This document shows positions 41,264-46,635 of a DNA stretch of 46,635 nucleotides, one piece after another (position 1 is the first letter of the stretch; each line of letters starts with the position of its first letter). A program made the translations under genes and the position numbers. A model generated the notes under the pieces. That model had not been told where the DNA came from. It searched no databases and saw only the letters and a program-made list of their open reading frames with translations. Origin of the DNA: an uncultured Nitrosomonas sp. (lineage in GTDB: Bacteria; Pseudomonadota; Gammaproteobacteria; Burkholderiales; Nitrosomonadaceae); contig CBFGXU010000001.1 of NCBI GenBank assembly GCA_965652935.1, positions 1-46,635 on the forward strand. Direction: 5' to 3'.

Positions 41264-41590
41264 TTAATTTTTAGCATAATAGGCAGCAAAATCTTCCATA
41301 TCCTGTTGAGATAGCGTTTTAGCAAGTGCTGTCATGGTAGGATGGCTACGTGTGCCATTTTTATATCCTTCTAATGCTTTAATAATGTACTCTGCATGCT
41401 GCCCACCCAGTTTGGGAACATGATAAGCGGAAGGGAAAGCAGTACGATAACCCTCGATTCCATGACAACCTTCACACATGGAAAGCTTTTGTTTTCCTGC
41501 CGCAGCATCCCCAGCTGCCTGAGTTACCCCCGAAAATGCCCCTAGCATACCCAAGACAAGTAATAAATTTACAACCCATTTTTGTTTCAT
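41264..41590 (-). CDS. Monoheme cytochrome c (c553/c4-like)
   Basis: Signal peptide, CEGCH, PKLGGQH, HPTM. Confidence 0.92.
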   Translation of the reverse strand: MKQKWVVNLLLVLGMLGAFSGVTQAAGDAAAGKQKLSMCEGCHGIEGYRTAFPSAYHVPKLGGQHAEYIIKALEGYKNGTRSHPTMTALAKTLSQQDMEDFAAYYAKN

Positions 41591-41697
41591 GTAAACCTCC
41601 TTCTCTCAAAACTCGAACTTTAAACGATGCGCCCGATTTGGTCAATGAATAGTGTAACTATGTCCATGTTGTTTATGGGGAATTGCTCTCACAAGCA

Positions 41698-43623
41698 CTA
41701 CGTTTTTGCAGTGGATTTTGATTCCAATTCTTCCCATCTGGCAAGGCAATCTGCCAATTCTTCTTCAATTGCAGTAAAACGCATTTGTAGTATTTTTGCT
41801 TCGTCCGGATAATCCCGATAAATGGTTGGCTCATTCAAGCGCAAAGTGATATTGGTTTGTTCTTGTTCCAAAGCATCAATTTTATCAGGTAATGCTTCAA
41901 GTTCACGCATTTCCTGATAGCTAAGCTTCTTAGCTCGAGCAAACGTGGCTGATTTAGAAGGATGGGCTGGTAATGTTTCTGACTGCTTCGATAATATTTT
42001 CTGTTGACTGATATTATCTGCAAGATGTTTTGCACGTAACCAATCTTCATAACCGCCAATATATTCGCATAGTTTCCCATTTCCTTCAAATGCAATGACT
42101 TGTGTCACTACATTATCCAGAAACTCCCGGTCGTGACTAACCAGAAATAATGTACCCGTATAGTCCTGCAATAAAGCCTCCAGCAGCTCGAGCGTTTCAA
42201 TATCCAGATCATTCGTTGGCTCATCCAGCACGAGAACATTGGCAGGGCGTGTAAATAAGCGAGCCAGCAACAAACGATTACGTTCGCCGCCCGAGAGGGA
42301 TTTGACCGGAGAGCGAGCACGTTCAGGAGCGAACAAGAAATCCTCCAGATAACTGATGACATGTTTGCGCTTGCCATTAATCTCCACAAATTCGGAGCCT
42401 TGACTGATCGTATCAGTGAGAATCATCTCTTCATTGAGCTGCGCGCGCATTTGATCAAAATAAGCGACCGCTAGCTTGGTGCCTCGTTGAATCTTGCCGG
42501 AATCCGGTTGTAATTCACCTAGAATCAATTTTAATAATGTCGATTTTCCAGCACCATTCGGCCCTAATAACCCTACCCGATCACCCCGCATAACGCGGCA
42601 GGAAAAATCTTTGATGATAACTTTATCACCATAGCTTTTACTGACATGTTCCAGTTCAGCGACTAATTTGCCTGAGCGTTCCCCCACCTCTAAAGCGAGA
42701 TGGGCTTTTCCGATTTTTTCCCGTCTGGCCGCGCGCTCCAGGCGCAACGCTTCTAATTTGCGCACCCTGCCTTCATTGCGCGTGCGCCGTGCTTCAATTC
42801 CTTTACGTATCCAGATTTCTTCCTGTGCCAGGACTTTATCAAATTTCTGCTGATGCGTAGCCTCAATTTCCAGCATTTCTGCTTTCTTACGCTGATAATC
42901 CGTAAAATTACCGGAAAAAATTGCCAGACTTCCGCGATCCAATTCGATAATTCTTGTCGCCACATGATCCAGGAAACGCCGATCATGCGTGATAAACAAG
43001 ACACTGCCTGAGAAATCCAACAGCAATCCTTCTAACCACTCGATGGAGGAGAAGTCAAGATGATTGGTTGGCTCATCCAGCAACAAAATGTCAGGAGATA
43101 CCACCAACGCACGCGCCAGTGCTACTCTCTTCTTTAACCCGCCGGAAAGATGATCAATCAAAGCATCTGATGGTAAACTCAATTTGTCGATGACGGTTTC
43201 TATTTTTGTTTGCAGACGCCAACCATCCTGAGTTTCTAAGGCATTTTGCAGATCCTGCAATCGAAGAAGTAACGCTTCTGTGTTTTCAGTACCTTCACTT
43301 AAGGCATGAGAGACTGCATGATAATTTAGCAATAGCTGGCTGATATTGCCCAGACCGTTGGCAACTTCTTGATAGACCGTATTGATGGGATTCAACACGG
43401 GTTCTTGGGCTACATAAGCCAGTTTTGAATTTGGCGCACGCCAGAGTTTGCCGTCATCCAGCTTGATTTCACCAGACAAGACGCGCAACAAGCTGGATTT
43501 ACCGCCGCCATTTCTGCCGATTAACCCGACACGCTCGCCCGCATCAAGCTGTAAGCTTGCATGATCCAGCAAGGCATGGTGGCCGAAAGCCAAACAGGCA
43601 TTTTCGAGGGTAATAAGGGGCAT
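41698..43623 (-). CDS. uup: ABC-F ATPase Uup
   Basis: Two ABC domains, ARRTRNEGRVR linker, C-terminal KLSY...RWEELE domain. Confidence 0.92.
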   Translation of the reverse strand: MPLITLENACLAFGHHALLDHASLQLDAGERVGLIGRNGGGKSSLLRVLSGEIKLDDGKLWRAPNSKLAYVAQEPVLNPINTVYQEVANGLGNISQLLLNYHAVSHALSEGTENTEALLLRLQDLQNALETQDGWRLQTKIETVIDKLSLPSDALIDHLSGGLKKRVALARALVVSPDILLLDEPTNHLDFSSIEWLEGLLLDFSGSVLFITHDRRFLDHVATRIIELDRGSLAIFSGNFTDYQRKKAEMLEIEATHQQKFDKVLAQEEIWIRKGIEARRTRNEGRVRKLEALRLERAARREKIGKAHLALEVGERSGKLVAELEHVSKSYGDKVIIKDFSCRVMRGDRVGLLGPNGAGKSTLLKLILGELQPDSGKIQRGTKLAVAYFDQMRAQLNEEMILTDTISQGSEFVEINGKRKHVISYLEDFLFAPERARSPVKSLSGGERNRLLLARLFTRPANVLVLDEPTNDLDIETLELLEALLQDYTGTLFLVSHDREFLDNVVTQVIAFEGNGKLCEYIGGYEDWLRAKHLADNISQQKILSKQSETLPAHPSKSATFARAKKLSYQEMRELEALPDKIDALEQEQTNITLRLNEPTIYRDYPDEAKILQMRFTAIEEELADCLARWEELESKSTAKT

Positions 43624-43721
43624 CAGTTTATTTAATCAGGCACTACGGGTTTATCAGAATTTATTAAGAAACAGCAGACTTTCTGTTACGCTTTAGTAAA
43701 GGGCTTAAACAAATAAATACC

Positions 43722-43754
43722 TATAAAAATGGAGCCACAGGCTCCATTTTTATA
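43722..43754 (-). terminator. Terminator after Hsp20
   Basis: TATAAAAATGGAGCC-aca-GGCTCCATTTTTATA perfect 15-bp stem. Confidence 0.85.
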
Positions 43755-43785
43755 ATCCCATCTAAAAAGAGATAGATTGATCGCC

Positions 43786-44211
43786 TCATTCTCCGACTGC
43801 TACATTGATTTTTTTCGGCTGCACAGCTTCTCGCTTCGGTATCACAACCTCTAATACGCCGTGCTTTGAAGTTGCTGATATTGCCTCCGCATTGGCCGTA
43901 TCCGGCAAACTAAAACGTCTGTAAAAAGAACCATAGGTACGTTCAACACGCTTATAGCCTTCTTTTTCTGTTTTAGCTTCAGATTTTTTTTCGCCTTTGA
44001 TAGTTAATACGCCATCTTGCATGTTGATATCTATTTCTTCCGGTTTAACGCCGGGAATGTCTGCCTGAATAACAAATTTATCAGCCTCTTCTTTAATATC
44101 AACCGCAGGCGCCCATTCCGCAGTTGCCGTCGAGCCTTCAGCAACATTGCGTTCTAATTCTCTTTGCAGTTGGCTCAACAAACCCCAGGGTTCATAACGT
44201 GTAATAGCCAT
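43786..44211 (-). CDS. Hsp20/alpha-crystallin small heat-shock protein
   Basis: WAPAVDIKE, ERTYGSFYRRFSLP, GVLEVVIPK, C-terminal I-x-V. Confidence 0.95.
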   Translation of the reverse strand: MAITRYEPWGLLSQLQRELERNVAEGSTATAEWAPAVDIKEEADKFVIQADIPGVKPEEIDINMQDGVLTIKGEKKSEAKTEKEGYKRVERTYGSFYRRFSLPDTANAEAISATSKHGVLEVVIPKREAVQPKKINVAVGE

Positions 44212-44344
44212 AATAATTTCTCCTCATTGATTAAAAAAGCATATTGCATATCTACAACATCAACGCCTCATTCAATCCGTAATCGCTCAACTTTTAATGG
44301 CGGCGTTTCTTACAGTGACAACAAGCACATCTTCAATAACCGGG

Positions 44345-44372
44345 ATATAAGGATCATTAATTTTTTTTCAAG
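44345..44372 (-). promoter_or_regulatory. Sigma32 (RpoH) promoter for Hsp20
   Basis: Minus strand CTTGAA-N14-CCTTATAT versus consensus CTTGAA-N13-17-CCCCATNT. Confidence 0.7.
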
Positions 44373-44454
44373 CGATTTAATGAAAAGTCAGGTAAGAATT
44401 ACTGAATAATCATTGTAGCTGAGTTTAAAAGGAATAAATGGAATAAAACTGATT

Positions 44455-45126
44455 CTATCGCGCATAACGACGTCTTAAACCCAGGATGATCGCTACTGGC
44501 ACCAGTAATAAAGCCATCCACAGCCCGTTACGTCTAAACCATTCTGATGGGTTTGCCTGAACAGAAAAACGCGCTTCGGCAAGATCAAGAATTTTATCAG
44601 TTTGCTGTCCGGCATCTTGCGTCAGCAAGTGTAACTGGAATTTTAAATCGTGTGATCCTGATGATTCCGGGGTGACACGCCAGCGCCAGCTTGCTATACC
44701 GTCATAAGCTGATACTGGATCTTGTGGCCCCTGTCTGTCAATTTCAAAAACCTCCCCGCCAATCTCAGCTTTCATGTACGGTGACACGATGCCCTTAATT
44801 CCTTGTATCGAAGTACCTTCAGACGCCGTAGCAACAATCTCATTTAAAACCTTGGAAAGCTGCTTCGTTTCCAGATTTAAGACCACTTCAAAATTCTCAT
44901 ACTGCTTGACTGCTGGTGGAACCCTGATTGCCGCGCTATCCACGGGCAATCTCATGATTACCGGATTGAACTCTCTTTTCCCCGACATAAAGTGCATAAA
45001 AGAATTGATTGAGAAAGGCACTATTAATAAAACCGCTAATAATGCGACTGGCATTAGCAAATTAAAATTTAAACCGGATCCAGGTTCTGAGCTGGGCATA
45101 ATTCCTCCAATTGTTAATTCATCCAT
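44455..45126 (-). CDS. Hypothetical membrane protein (two TM anchors flanking a beta-rich domain)
   Basis: AGGA RBS region; N-terminal hydrophobic helix; WRWRVTP...G.H.L beta-sandwich pattern; C-terminal TM followed by RRRYAR. Confidence 0.7.
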   Translation of the reverse strand: MDELTIGGIMPSSEPGSGLNFNLLMPVALLAVLLIVPFSINSFMHFMSGKREFNPVIMRLPVDSAAIRVPPAVKQYENFEVVLNLETKQLSKVLNEIVATASEGTSIQGIKGIVSPYMKAEIGGEVFEIDRQGPQDPVSAYDGIASWRWRVTPESSGSHDLKFQLHLLTQDAGQQTDKILDLAEARFSVQANPSEWFRRNGLWMALLLVPVAIILGLRRRYAR

Positions 45127-45388
45127 AGGGTCAAATCATATCATTCCTGAGGAGTGTGCTGAGCAAATCAGAAAAAGGCGCTGCGAGTAAACTAAACCCG
45201 TTAATATTCTTGAAATGGAATTAAAACAATTCGGCTGGCTTATTAAATCAGCCGTGCAGCAACCTCTGTATTATCATGATCAACCTCAAGCTATCCCAAT
45301 TCGGATTGACGAGTTACCTCGTTATGAAGTTAAATTCGCCGGGAAGCAAATTCCCTTTCGCTGTTCTCCATCTCATTAGAAAACCATC

Positions 45389-46635
45389 ATGCGGCAAGAC
45401 GAACAAATTTTTCTCAACAACCTCGACAAAAAACTCTGGACCGCCGCCGACAAGCTGCGCGCTAACCTCGACGCTGCGGTATACAAGCACGCCGTGCTAG
45501 GCCTCATCTTCCTGAAATACGTTTCGGATGCTTTCGCCGAGCGCCGGGAAGAGCTAAAGGCCGCCTTCAAAGACCCCGGCAATGATTACTACCTCGGTGA
45601 AGATGCCGATGACCTGATCCACGAAGAACTGGAAATCCGCGATTATTACACCGAGAAAAACGTATTCTGGGTGCCCGCCATGGCGCGCTGGGAAAATCTG
45701 CAAAACAACGCCAAGGTGGCACCCGGTACTGAAATTGAAATCAAGAACGGCAAGAAGATCACCTACAAATTCACCAGCATCGGCAAACTCATCGACGATG
45801 CGCTGGATGCGGTGGAAAAGGAAAATGAGAAAAAGCTCAAAGGCGTGCTCAACAAAACCTACACCCAATTGCAAATCGAGCCCGCCAAGCTCGGCGAACT
45901 GATCGACCTGATCGCCACCATCCCGTTCCACCACCCAACCCTGCACGCCAAAGACATCCTCGGCCATGTGTACGAATACTTTCTCGGCCAGTTTGCCTTG
46001 AGTGAAGGCAAAAAGGGCGGCCAGTATTACACTCCCAAGGCCATCGTCACGCTCATCGTCGAAATGCTGCAACCGTACAAAGGCCGCGTCTACGACCCCG
46101 CCATGGGCTCCGGCGGCTTCTTCGTGCAATCGGAACGCTTCATCGAAGAACACCAAGGCCGGCTGGGCGATATCTCCGTCTACGGGCAGGAATCCAATCC
46201 CACCACCTGGCGCCTGGCGGCGATGAACATGGCGATTCGCGGACTGGACTTCAACTTCGGCGGTGAACCCGCCAACACCTTCAGTAACGACAAACACCCG
46301 GACCTGCGCGCCGATTTCGTGATGGCCAATCCACCGTTCAACATGAAAGAATGGAACAGCGGCGTCAAAGACGATGACCCGCGCTGGCAGTACGGCACGC
46401 CGCCCGCAGGCAACGCCAACTTTGCCTGGATGCAACACATGCTCTACCACCTGGCACCCAATGGCAGCGTGGCGCTATTGCTTGCTAACGGCTCGATGAG
46501 CTCCAACACCAACAATGAGGGAGAAATCCGCAAACGCCTGATTGCAGAGGATCGTGTCGAATGCATGGTCGCGCTTCCAAGCCAACTGTTCACCAACACC
46601 CAAATCCCCGCCTGCATCTGGTTCCTCAGCAAAAA
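45389..46635 (+). CDS. hsdM: Type I restriction-modification methyltransferase subunit M (truncated by window end)
   Basis: Not in the ORF track because it has no stop. Reads MRQDEQIFLNNLDKKLWTAADKLR, LIFLKYVSD, GQYYTPK, VYDPAMGSGGFF, MANPPFN, NANFAWMQH. Confidence 0.95.
   Translation, partial: MRQDEQIFLNNLDKKLWTAADKLRANLDAAVYKHAVLGLIFLKYVSDAFAERREELKAAFKDPGNDYYLGEDADDLIHEELEIRDYYTEKNVFWVPAMARWENLQNNAKVAPGTEIEIKNGKKITYKFTSIGKLIDDALDAVEKENEKKLKGVLNKTYTQLQIEPAKLGELIDLIATIPFHHPTLHAKDILGHVYEYFLGQFALSEGKKGGQYYTPKAIVTLIVEMLQPYKGRVYDPAMGSGGFFVQSERFIEEHQGRLGDISVYGQESNPTTWRLAAMNMAIRGLDFNFGGEPANTFSNDKHPDLRADFVMANPPFNMKEWNSGVKDDDPRWQYGTPPAGNANFAWMQHMLYHLAPNGSVALLLANGSMSSNTNNEGEIRKRLIAEDRVECMVALPSQLFTNTQIPACIWFLSK

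Noticed and set aside
40906-41590. Tandem cytochromes as a split diheme c4 pseudogene
   Set aside because: Each has its own RBS, signal peptide and heme motif; such pairs are common.
45554-46450. 298-aa minus-strand ORF
   Set aside because: Antisense shadow of GC3-rich hsdM, which has all methyltransferase motifs on the plus strand.
1-46635. CRISPR arrays, tRNA/rRNA genes, integron attC arrays, prophage structural genes
   Set aside because: None seen by eye; no regularly spaced direct repeats were found in intergenic regions.

Overview
Chromosomal window from a betaproteobacterium. Gene content and order suggest Nitrosomonas or a relative (inference). Left end (1-3.4 kb): decayed accessory DNA with two frameshifted small genes (one MazG-like), a GT2 glycosyltransferase, and IS30 and IS5 remnants. 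3.5-14 kb: a glycogen/trehalose/stress block (GH133 debranching enzyme, treZ, glgX, glgC, DUF763, an unannotated Pro-rich micro-ORF, a secreted LEA-like protein) whose intergenic regions repeatedly carry a TGT-N10-ACA box. 14-25.6 kb: a serralysin-type RTX protease and an 11-gene non-canonical T2SS/pseudopilus operon. 25.7-44 kb: mostly core genes (Zn peptidase, vapBC, nnrS, PHP-yciO-M50-trpS-scpAB, suhB, aat-bpt-pyrD-rnfB-nth, two c-type cytochromes, uup, Hsp20), plus an OmpW-like porin with a perfect FNR box at -41.5. The window ends inside a GC-rich type I R-M hsdM gene. All calls come from reading motifs by eye; no searches were run.
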